Part shown: piece by piece, positions 1 through 13,100 of the stretch | Layout: each line of letters begins with the position of its first letter | How positions within the stretch are numbered: the first letter of the stretch is position 1 | Assembly: GCF_022045235.1 (NCBI RefSeq) | Contig: NW_027266275.1 | Location: 72,354,001-72,418,000, forward strand | Length of the DNA stretch: 64,000 nt | Reading direction: 5' to 3' | From: Haliotis cracherodii | Lineage: Eukaryota | Program-made: the position numbers and the translations under genes | The notes under the pieces: generated by a model | What the model saw: the letters and a program-made list of their open reading frames with translations, nothing else | Database searches by the model: none | What the model was told of the DNA's origin: nothing

Positions 1-1166
1 CTGAAGATGTGGGATTAGGTGTTCTTTCTGGCTGGCTGGCTGGCTGTCTGGCTGGGTTGGTTGGTTGATACGTCATCATATCCCAATTGTGGAGATCGAT
101 GCTCATAAATATGGTTGATTATCAACCACTGTTATAAAGCTAGAATATTGCTGAGAGCGGCGTTAAACAACAAACAAACAATACTGTCATTTTCTGTAAT
201 GAAAGCCAGAACCTACTGAAACATTTGACATACCCACTTGTACCTCTCATCAAAATGTTCACATTTAATTCTCATGATAGAATGGAAAATAAGTTTTCAG
301 TTCCCAAATCAATACAGCCTCAACAAATCTACCAACATCATAGCTCCACATGCAGTATGTTAAGCTATTTGACAATACTTGTGAAGTCTATTCAGCAATG
401 GTAAGTTTGTATATTCTAGTATACCACAACACAACAGTATTTTTGGGTAACAATTTTATTATCGATAGGTATATCACAGTAGATAGATCAAAAGTATACT
501 TGTTTGAATCTGTGGTGCCTGATAATAGCAATAGCTGAATACTCTCTCAATATAAACTCTTCTCTACTTCGTTACGGAGTGTCTCACATCTAGAAACATG
601 ATAAGGATTCGAAACCGAAGGAAGAAGAAATATCCCATAAACCTTCCCCTGTATCTTGCTACGATCAGATGCTCCACACAGTAACACTGAACAGAATTTT
701 ACTCTCTAAGTCCTCTGTCTACAGGTGTATAGGAGGGGTATCCTGGATGCTAACCCTTCAACCAAACATCTTCTAGATTCCTCCTTCATTCCGTCTCAGT
801 CACACGTTCAGGGGATACATCTCCATACAAACTCAGTAGCTGATGCTGCACTAAGCAATCATAACTCTCAATGGTGTCAGTAGACTGGCGAAGTTGTGGT
901 TAACACACTAGACAAATCTACTACACTGATTGGGAACCTGAAGTTCATACCAATTGAATAAAGGTGAGATCAAAAAGTAACAAGTGAAAGATGTGCAGTA
1001 AGGTCAAGAGAGTCAAATATCACTGTCTGGCATTTCACCACGTTCCATACCAATGCTGACCTTGGTAGCAGACGCCAAGGAAAGGGCGTGTGGAGGAGCA
1101 CCCTCTGGTGCTGGGGGATAATGCCGACATTGGTTGCCGAGGAAACAAGATGGATAAGCAGCCCCT

Positions 1167-4100
1167 TCAGTCGATGAACGTCTGGGTCTGTGATTTGCCA
1201 CACTTCCACATGGCATTAAGTAGTTTGATGAGGCCGGTGTCTTTCGGCTTCTCCAGGCCTCGCATCACGCGCTGCTTCATCACCGACACAAACTCCTTGT
1301 TACTCAGCTGGCCGTCATCTGGGGGAGAGAGGGGGTGAGAGTCAGTATGGTTGTGTGGTAATTTTAGCAATATTCTAATAAAATCACAGCGGGGGCGTGA
1401 GAAACAGGCTTCACACATTGTACCCATGTGAGGAATCTAACCGGGGCCTGAGGTATTGCATTGCAATATGAAACCCGGCTACCATACTAGTACCAGACTT
1501 ATTGATAAAGGTACCTGAAGTAGTAATAATATATCAGTACATCACTGCCCTAAATCCAGTATTTTGGCTTCCATCAAACTATCATTTTTGCAGATTTTCA
1601 ACTGTTTATGGATAGTTGACAGTGAAGTGAACTTCTGTTCAAAATCTTTAAATCCAATCTTATAAAATACAAAAAACATGATTTATGGCAGTGACGTACT
1701 GATATATTATTACTACTTCAGGCACCTTTATCAATAAGTTTATATTTTTAAAACAATTCTCATGTAAGTATATACATGTCCACTCGTTTTAAAAGCTTAC
1801 AATGAATCAAGCAGGGCGATTTAAGGAAAAAGATTTAATTTGCACCAATTGCATGTTGACATGAAAACCTAGTTGCACCAAACAAAACCAGGTTGCACCT
1901 TGGTCCCATAAAGTTATTTTGTAAAACGTAATAGGTAACAAGTTTGATGCCGTCAAGCCTAAGAAAGCCTAAGAAACTGAAAGCATCACAAACTAGATCT
2001 AATACAGGAATAATTGATGTAATATGGTGAACAATCTTGAGAGGTAATGTGTTTTCAAAATTCGATTTTGTGTGGAAGTTACGTAAGGGTTAGTCACACA
2101 CAAGATTCAATTCTTTGGACATGCATTTGGTGCATATAGACACAGATATTAGGTTGTTTTTTTCAAGAATAGGTTGCACTTGTGCATGTTTTGTTTAGCT
2201 ACATCGAGCCCTGATAAGCTTTCTTGTACAGGTTGTCATTGCTATACACTGACCATATTCAACAACCTAGGTCAGGAATATAATGGATTTGTATGTCTTA
2301 CTGTTTTCATCAAAGAGTGTGAAGACAACATCGATGACGTGATCGCTCAGCTCTACATGTGCCACTGTGCGGGCCACATGGCGAAATGTCTCTGAAAACA
2401 ACAACATACATCTCATTCAATACACAGATGTTTGTTTCTTCATGCGGCACTCAGCAATATTCCAGTTTATTACGGCAGTCGGTTAATTTTGGATCATACA
2501 ATCCAGTGATTGTTATTATAAGCAACAATTAACAAAGTTAAGGCACCATGACATGCAATCAATCAAGTCACAAAACCTTATCTCCAAATCTATTAAATCG
2601 CATCTTATGACCAGCAAAGTTGACCGGTTCTTAACCTGAATCCCTACAGGCCACAGATGGAAATTGTGAAAATATTGATAGAAAAAACAAGTTAGATGTG
2701 TTTCAGCCCAAACATCTACAAACATCATACAGAACACTGGATCAGTGACTCTAACCCTTGCTTTATGCTGTATGTGTGTGCACAGGCTTTTTCAATTACG
2801 AGGTTTCAAACAGATTTGACACATGTAAATTTATTACAAACCAATCACATCAGCAAAAGTTTGGTTTAAAGTACTCGACTTGATACAAGATACTAAAAGT
2901 TTATGGCAAACTGGAAGCTACATAGTATTACCCATGTCAATAGAGACGCCGGCAAGGTGGTAGAAGCTGAGGGCGGTGTCCACGTCGTTGATGCTCTTCA
3001 GAAACAGCCAGAACGCTGTGTACTCACGAAACCCGATACCCTGAAACAGCAAGAACATTGGTCAAGGTGTACTTGAGTATATCCATGTGGCAGACCATAC
3101 CACCATGCTCCTTGTGTATATCAACATAACAGCTTCTATCACCACGGTGTCCTTGTGTATATCAACATAACAGCCTCTATCACCACGGTGTCCTTGTGTA
3201 TATCAACATAACAGCCTCTACCACCAGGCTCCTTGTGTATATCAACATAACAGCTTCTATCACCATGGTATCCTTGTGTATATCAACATAACAGCCTCTA
3301 CCACCAGGGTGTCCTTGTGTATATCAACATAATAGCCTTTATCACCACGGTGTCCTTGTGTATATCAACATAACAGCCTCTACCACCATGGTGTCCTCGT
3401 GTATATCAACATAACAGCTTCTATCACCACGGCGTCCTTGTGTATATCAACATAACAGCCTCTATCACCATGGTGTCCTTGTGTATATCAACATAACAGC
3501 CTCTACCACCAGGCTCCTTGTGTATATCAACATAACAGCTTCTATCACCATGGTGTCCTTGTGTATATCAACGTAACAGCCTCTACCACCAGGGTGTCCT
3601 TGTGTATATCAACATAACAGCCTCTATCACCTTGCTCCTTGTGTATATCAACATAACAGCTTCTATCACCACAGTGTCCTTGTGTATATCAACATAACAG
3701 CCTCTATCACCTTGCTCCTTGTGTATATCAACATAACAGCTTCTATCACCAGGGTGTCCTTGTGTATATCAACGTAACAGCCTCTATCACCTTGCTCCTT
3801 GTGTATATCAACATAACAGCTTCTATCACCATGGTGTCCTTGTGTATATCAACATAATAGCCTCTATCACCTTGCTCCTTGTGTATATCAACATAACAGC
3901 TTCTATCACCAGGGTGTCCTTGTGTATATCAACATAACAGCCTCTACCACCAGGCTCCTTGTGTATATCAACATAACAGCCTCTATCACCACGCTCCTTG
4001 TGTATATCAACATAACAGCCTCTACCACCTTGATCCTTGTGTATATCAACACAACAGCCTCTATCGCCACGGTGTCCTTGTGTATTTCAACATAACAGCC

Positions 4101-7100
4101 TCTATCACCATGCTCCTTGTGTATATCAACATAACAGCCTCTATCACCACGCTCCTTGTGTATATCAACATAACAGCCTCTATCACCATGGTGTCCTTGT
4201 GTATTTCAACATAACAGCCTCTATCACCATGCTCCTTGTGTATATCAACATAACAGCCTCTATCACCACAGTGTCCTTGTGTATATCAACATAACAGCCT
4301 CTATCACCAGGGTGTCCTTGTGTATATCAACATAACAGCCTCTATCACCACGATGTCCTTGTGTATATCAACATAACAGCCTCTATCACCACGGTGTCCT
4401 TGTGTATATCAACATAACAGCCTCTATCACCACGGTGTCCTTGTGTATATCAACATAACAGCCTCTATCACCAGGGTGTCCTTGTGTATATCAACATAAC
4501 AGCCTCTACCACCACGCTCCTTGTGTATATCAACATAACAGCCTCTACCACCACGCTCCTGGTGTATATCAACATAACAGCCTCTACCACCACGCTCCTG
4601 GTGTATATCAATATATACAGCCTCTACCACCACGCTCCTGGTGTATATCAACATAACAGCCTCTACCACCAAGCTCCTTGTGTATATCAACATAACAGCC
4701 TCTACCACCACGCTCCTGGTGTATATCAACATAACAGCCTCTACCACCACGCTCCTGGTGTATATCAATATATACAGCCTTTATCACCAGGCTCCTTGTG
4801 TATATCAACATAACAGCCTCTACCACCACGCTCCTTGTGTACTGGTATATCACTATATACAGCATATATCACCAGGCTTCCCTTAACTCACCCTTGGATT
4901 TTCCTTGAACTTCTTCTTCACTCTCTTCAACATGCGTAATTTTTTCTTCTCTGGCATTCCAGCATACGTGATCAGGACATTGCCAAAGTCTTTCTCTGAT
5001 ATCGTGTCATCATCCTGCTTGTAGCGATTGAACTGAAAAAGTCATTTAAGTAACCTCATGATAAGGAAATGAGAAGTACATGGAGTGAGGGAGTGTGTGA
5101 GTGAGTATGGTTTTATGCCGCTTTTAGTAATATTCCAGCAACATCATGGAGGGCGACACAGGAGAAGTACATGGAACTAAATTGCCTAGCCTTCAAATGT
5201 ATCATTGCCATTTAATGCATTCTCCTGAAATTATCCGCCATTATTTAAATCTTAAATCCAAAACAAGTGCAGGGGAGACAACCTACCTCTATCTTGAGGA
5301 TCTCCGTCTGGAGTTGTCTCTGGAAGTCGAGGAAGCCCTGTACAGTCAGCTTCTTCTTGCTGTCCACACCAAAGAAGTAGGTGAGGAGTGAGGAACTCAT
5401 GCCCTTGTTGACACTGCCGGTGTTGGCATGGTCGCGGTGGCGCATCCCGATCGATGTCTGACTCTGTACCACGTCGTGTACCTGCACACACAGAGTATTG
5501 ACGATGCAATGCAGTGTATTTCTCTCTACTCAAAACATGTGGTCATCTCCTGTCCCCTTAAAACCTTCAGAGGTGAGCTGAAACTAGGGATCCTCCCCAT
5601 TTTGTTATGTTTCTTCAGCCGGTGACCACTGTAGCAGTTAGCAATGGCAGTGCCAACACAGCTATAACCAAACCAGTCCTCACCCTTCTTACTGTATAGT
5701 CAACTTGTGTGCCACCTTTTGGTATTTGGTGCAGTTCTATCTGCTAATGCATTATGGGAGGGTTGCAACTTGCGTTGCTAAGTAGCCTAGCCACAAATTC
5801 ACTTTTGCTTCTTAATTCATGTTAAGGAGTATAAACTAAAGTTTGCGATGGAGGTGGCGGTAACATGGCTGTCTGATCATCTTACCTTCTGAAACTCTGT
5901 GTACTCAACCTCCCCATCACCATTTAGGTCAAACATTCGGAACCCAATCTCAAAGTTGCGAGGAGGTGCTATAAAAAAATGTACTAAATTAAAGTATTGT
6001 ACAACTTTTCCCAAGCAAGGACAGACTAACAAGGCATGGATACTCAGATGCATTTGTCATCCCTACAGTGTAGAATATCAGGATGGATGACATACAGCCT
6101 AGATGGACATACAGACAAGATGGATGACATACAGACGAGATGGACATACAGACAAGATGGATGACATACAGACGAGATGGTGGATGTACAGACATGTTGG
6201 TGGACATAGACAAGATGGATGACATACAGACTAGATGGACATACAGACAAGATGGATGACATACAGCCTAGATGGACATACAGACAAGATGGATGACATA
6301 CAGACGAGATGGTGGATGTACAGACATGTTGGTGGACATAGACAAGATGGATGACATACAGACTAGATGGACATACAGACAAGATGGATGACATACAGAC
6401 AAGATTGATGACGTACAGACAAGATGGATGACATATAGAAAAGATGGATGACATATCGACAAGATGGTGGACGTACAGACAAGATGGATGACATACAGAC
6501 CAGATGGACATACAGACAAGATGGATGACATACAGACCAGATGGACATACAGACAAGATGGATGACATACAGACGAGATGGTGGATGTACAGACAAGATG
6601 GATGACATATAGACAAGATGGACGTACAGACAAGATGGATGACATACAGACAAGATGGTGGATGTACAGACAAGATGGATGACATATAGACAAGATGGTG
6701 GATGTACAGACAAGATGGATGACATATAGACAAGATGGACGTACAGACAAGATGGATGACATACAGACAAGATGGTGGATGTACAGACAAGATGGATGAC
6801 ATATAGACAAGATGGTGGATGTACAGACAAGATGGATGACATACAGACGAGATGGTGGATGTACAGACATGTTGGTGGACATAGACAAGATGGATTACGT
6901 ACAGACGAGATGGTGGACATACAGACAAGACGGATGACATACAGACAAGATGGACATACAGACAAGATGGATGACATACAGACCAAATGGACGTACAGAC
7001 AAGATGGATGACATACAGACAAAATGGTTGATGTACAGACAAGATGGATGACAAAGAGACAAGATGGTGGACATACAGACAAGATAGATGACATACAGAC

Positions 7101-10100
7101 AAAATGGTGGATGTACAGACAAGATGGATGACATAGAGACAAGATGGTGGACGTACAGACAAGATGGTTGACTTACTTGACAGCACAGTGAGGAGGAAGA
7201 TGTAGTCGGAGAAGGAGATGAGGCCCGTCTGGCCCAGCTTGTAGAAGATGCTGTCACGACTCACTTCGCACATGTCGTCTAGCTTCTCCCGCTGAAACAT
7301 GTGACCCTCCCATCAGGTTTTCATGTAACATGCGCGTGCTGCCTACACTACGTGGGAGTTGACTATACCAGGACATGCGTGCGAGCAGTATCGGTCTGGA
7401 CACTACCAGTGAAGGGACACAAAAGGAACAATGGCTTCTATATATTCAATGTCTTGTTCAACAAATGCTTCTAAATGTTATTGATGATTTCTTTAAGCAG
7501 TGATAATGATCTGAAAACTGTTCTATGCTAAACATGCTAATATGGTTAAATGTTGTCTTTGAAGCACTTAAAGTATGATGGTGTTAAGCTGTTTTCTGAC
7601 ATTATTACAACATAAAAGATTACAATTGTTTTAAAAAAATATCTAACCTACATCCTAGTGACAAATAATTCATCATTGAGCATGAACAATACTGTTATAC
7701 AATTAAAGGTGTCAGTTAAATGTAAAATGGACAGCAGGGATCAAGAATCAGGCTTGTCTTGTGTCTATCAAACCACACCATCTACTGCGACAAAATACAA
7801 GCCTCCACTACACATCAGTAGACAAGGCTGACTCGAGTCCCTGCTTCAGCATTTTAGGATCAGTTTTTCTCATTAAGCTCAGCATATATACTCAACAAAA
7901 ATGTGTGGGATTATGAATACTTTGGGGGGATATTTAGTTTAGTGAAGACTGAGCATACAATTTCATAAAAATATCCCCCCCCCCCCAAATATTCATGATC
8001 CATACCTTTTTTTTGTTCAGTATGTATGACAATTAATTTGAATATAGGATCTCAGATTAACAGTTGTTGTGTGGATTAAAGGTAGAAAACTGTTTCTGTG
8101 TCATCAATAACGCAAATTCACACAGTGTAAACATCAAAATGGAAAGTTATTAGTTTTAGAACAAGCAAAAAATAAAATTTTAAAAAACCAATTTCACATC
8201 TAAACTGAATAATTACAGTAAAAATAAATAGATCAGAAAAAGAATAACCCACACTAAATAAGCACAAGAAATAGTTGTAACTGTTCCAACGACAGAAATG
8301 AAAACACGTAGATTGTAAGGAGACTAGACAGGGATGAGTCGGCCATTTTGAATACCCTCTAAATGGTGTGGTTCCCACTTATGAACAGTTGCACCAAACA
8401 CTTCTACCAAATTCCGTAAATCTTCACAGAGAACTAGGACCAAACTACACACTTTATTACTTAAGTAAGAAAGGTACAGGAAGCTAAGCTCTATCTGTGA
8501 AATAGCTGGATTAAACACATAATTCCATGCATAATTTTTATAGCCATGGGAACCACCTGTTTTTCCAGCAAAAGGATGTATTGAGAATTTACAGTATCAA
8601 GATGGCTGCTGCTCATCCCCAGCTTCCGCAACACAACAGGACAGGAACATGTTTAGAAGCCCTGCTCCGGCTCGGGAGGAATATTGTACCAGATAATGAA
8701 TTCATTTGTGAAGCTCACTGACAGCTGTGACTGTCACCAATCATGAAGATGGGTACTCTGTGCTGTAAACCTGGCCAACGAACTTTGCAAATATTATGAT
8801 ACACGATTTCTACATCAAGTGGACAGAATCTCTTAATTAAACCCAAGACTTGAAATTACAGCTCATAGTCTTTGCTAGTCCACAAGCAGGATATCAATCC
8901 GACCAGGTATGTTTCAATACCAGGCCTACACTTTGCTGCTATAAAATTCATAATGTTAGAATCAAAACACCAGGTTTTTTATGGAATGTGATTTCTGGTA
9001 CATATATAAAATTACCATCTGTTTCAAACTTTCCGTGAGATCGACATATAAACTATGTCAGAAAGACTGAATTTGCCTTACTCTTGAATATATCAAAATC
9101 TACAGTAAGCTGGTTCAACTCTTTAATTATGTGGCACAATCCAGTGTTACCATCACATCTATTGGCTAATGGTGCACTGGAAGGATTCAGATGGACGTGC
9201 CTAGCGTATATAACTGATATCGCACCAGGCAGGGAATATGCAGTGGTGAGGGGTGAAAGATATGGTCATATATTTGCAGCAAGTTGTGCAGCTGTATGAT
9301 TGTGATCAAATCAGTCAACAGTGTCGTTAGGGTCGATAAATAACAGGTATATAGATGCTACCTACTGGATCAAATATGGCATACAAACTAGCACAACTAC
9401 CTCCAAAGCTGGATGCATTCTTACAAATATATCCAAGCATCTACTGTATGTATCATATATAAGAAGTCAAAAGGTGCATTTCAAATACATGTATCACACT
9501 GGGGAACAAAGAGTTTCTGTACAACACAGCAGAAGTGGTTAAAGATGGTGAATGTGCCAAATGTAAAGATGGCAGATGACAGAGCCCTGCGGCAATCACG
9601 CCTCAGAGACAGGTTGCTGTAAACCATGCCATAGATAGTCTCACAAATACGCAGTCTGACAGATAGGCAGTCTCACAGATATGCAGTCTGACAGATAAGC
9701 AGTCTCACAGATATGCAGTCTGACAGATAGACAGTCTCACAGATATGCAGTCTGACAGATAGGCAGTCTCATAGATAGGCAGTCTGACAGATAGACAGTC
9801 TAAGTGATAGGCAGTCTGACAGATAGACAGTCTAAGTGATAGGCAGTCTCATAGATAGACTGACAGAAAGGCAGTGTCACAGATATGCAGTCTGACAGAA
9901 AGGCAGTCTCATAGATAGGCAGTCTGACAGATAGACAGTCTAAGTGATAGGCAGTCTCATAGATAGACTGACAGAAAGGCAGTGTCACAGATATGCAGTC
10001 TGACAGAAAGGCAGTCTCATAGATAGGCAGACTGATGTTAGGCAGGCAAACAGACAGCAGAAGACAATGAATGATCAGCAATGTTAAAGATGGAAGACGA

Positions 10101-13100
10101 TAATAAATAGTAAAAATGGTAAATAGACCTGCATTCCTGGGCCAGATTTCCACAGACAAAGACATCATATTTACACATCAGAATGGTGATAAAATGTATG
10201 ACAGCATGAAAACAGACAGAGTGAAGAATGAGCAAGTAATACTGTCTCATGATGGAACATCAGTTGATAAACAGTGATCCATTACGATGGTGATGTCAGC
10301 ACAGCTGTTGAGGTAGGTAGGTGCACACCCCAGGAAACACCATATGGCCATGCCACCTGTAACTATGGCAACCTGATGTAGTGCATATCATGGAAACATG
10401 CATCTAAATTGTACTTCAGGCCCTATTGTCAAGATGAACAAATGTGAATGGTTTTATGCCTCCATATTCTGGCATTCTCCCTGCAGGGGAGGCCATCACA
10501 AAGTTCACCACTATCTATATGGGGAATTGAACCCATGGTATCGGTGGAGCAAGGCAAGTTTACACCACCTTCATGGGACCAGATGTCAATATTCTCAGAC
10601 AGGGGTTATACCACTTTCAACAAGAAGAGGTAGACAAGACCAAGATGGGTTTGACCATATGAGTGACAAACAGTCCTACAGGACAAAACATAGCAGTGGT
10701 TTGAGTGAGTGTGTGGGACTCATTCTCGGGTCAGAAACACAGGGTGGTGCCTCAGACCCTGGATAAATGCTGCATGTGCACATATCGAATATCAACGTGA
10801 AGTTGACACTTTAAGCTACTGAAATGACCTGGGTGTGATATAGACAACATGATATCACAACACAAGAAATTAGTCAGCTCACCGCAGACTTTGTCAAACT
10901 GGGAAGTTATCCCTCAAGGGATACCACATTCAGCTGCCATTGTGTCCATCCAATCTCCATGAGTCACCACTGCACGTGACAGCGGCACTTCTAGACTTGG
11001 CAGTTGGACAAAGGGAGAGGTTAGGTGAAATGGGATTTAACGTCGCATTCAAGATTATTGTACTTCTATAGACAGGTGCATGTACAAGTGTTTGTATGGC
11101 TGCTTGTGCAAGTCCATATAGTGCTACACAACTGAGATACCATGCCGCATTTTAACATGATTCCTCACTCAGACACCGAATACTTCAAATGCCTTTGGCA
11201 TGACGCAGCCAGGGGACTGAACAACCAACCTTCCCCTTTCCATACAGGTGTTCTATCCACTAAAGCATGGAGGCGGTCCCAGTTGGACAAAGGGATCTAG
11301 GGGCCTACTCAAGCCCCAAATGACACACACACACACACACACACACATCTGAAGTTGTGAAAGAGATACAAGTAGCATAAAGTCAGAAACATTAAAAGGG
11401 ACAATACATTGGGGAGAAGTAACATGAGCAAGAGAAAAAAACACTAATTGAAAATAGAGTCAAAAACACGGACATAAATATCAAATATCTCAACTAAGAT
11501 GAGAAAATGGAAAGATAAACAAGAAACACGACTGTCCAAGTTGAAAAGTGAAAACATGCATAAACACATTTCAATAAACTTTTGTACAGTTATTGAAGGT
11601 AATGCCATTCAAAGGAGGAATCAGAAATAGAGCCAACTGCAACAACTAGCCATTCCCTACCCACAGTCCTCGAGGTCAGATGGCTTCATTTGATGCTGAA
11701 CGTGAGGATGTGAGTAGGATTACCCTGCATATTACTTTTGGTACAAATGTACCTGTGAGTCACTACATATTCACTCAGAAGCTAGCGTTTAGAAGCTTAC
11801 CATACACAAGCAAACTGCCTTCTTCTAACATGCATGACTGGTTCTAGATATAGCTGATCCACAGCCAGCTAGGTGTTTTGGACATGTGGTCAGTGACACA
11901 GATCAACTGTTACAACGATCAAATCATTTGTCAGTGCTGGCCCTCCTGGCATTTGATAGTTTTACTGCCATACATAATTTAATTAATTAATCCCCTTCCT
12001 TCAGATAACAGCTGCTTGATCTGCTAGTTAAGATTTTATGATGTATACTATGTAAGCAGTTAATAATAACCCCTAACTGCAGAGGGACAATATCTTTCAG
12101 TAATGCTATTTAGAATGTCGAGGTTGAGGTTGAATACGGGCACCATGTTGTCGCCCTGTACTAAGTGTTGATTCCAGTCCCTACAGCTGTAGTTACTGCT
12201 GCCCCCCTGTACTAAGTGTTGATTCCAGGCCCTACAGCTGTAGTTACTGCTGCCCCCCTGTACTAAGTGTTGATTCCAGTCCCTACAGCTGTTGTTACTG
12301 CTGCCCCCCTGTACTAAGTGTTGATTCCAGTCCCTACAGCTGTAGTTACTGCTGCCCCCCTGTACTAAGTGTTGATTCCAGTCCCTACAGCTGTAGTTAC
12401 TGCTGCCCCCCTGTACTAAGTGTTGATTCCAGTCCCTACAGCTGTAGTTACTGCTGCCCCCCTGTACTAAGTGTTGATTCCAGTCCATACAGCTGTAGTT
12501 ACTGCTGCCCCCCTGTACTTAGTGTTGATTCCAGGCCCTACAGCTGTAGTGACTGCTGCCCCCTGTACTAAGTGTTGATTCCAGTCCCTACAGCTGTTGT
12601 TACTGCTGCCCCCCTGTACTAAGTGTTGATTCCAGTCCCTACAGCTGTAGTTACTGCTGCCCCCCTGTACTAAGTGTTGATTCCAGTCCATACAGCTGTA
12701 GTTACTGCTGCCCCCCTGTACTTAGTGTTGATTCCAGGCCCTACAGCTGTAGTGACTGCTGCCCCCTGTACTAAGTGTTGATTCCAGTCCCTACAGCTGT
12801 TGTTACTGCTGCCCCCCTGTACTAAGTGTTGATTCCAGGCCCTACAGCTGTAGTTACTGCTGCCCCCCTGTACTAAGTGTTGATTCCAGTCCCTACAGCT
12901 GTTGTTACTGCTGCCCCCCTGTACTAAGTGTTGATTCCAGTCCCTACAGCTGTAGTTACTGCTGCCCCCCTGTACTAAGTGTTGATTCCAGTCCCTACAG
13001 CTGTAGTTACTGCTGCCCCCCTGTACTAAGTGTTGATTCCAGTCCCTACAGCTGTAGTTACTGCTGCCCCCCTGTACTAAGTGTTGATTCCAGTCCATAC

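Noticed and set aside
6044-7176. 418-aa, 259-aa and 206-aa ORFs
   Set aside because: Only 7177-7291 is MICU1 exon. The rest is translated minisatellite.
12060-13098. Repetitive ORFs ([17 protein letters not shown])n and a CRISPR-like appearance
   Set aside because: The 51-bp unit is a multiple of 3, so open frames are expected. There are no unique spacers and no cas genes, and the array is in a eukaryotic intron.
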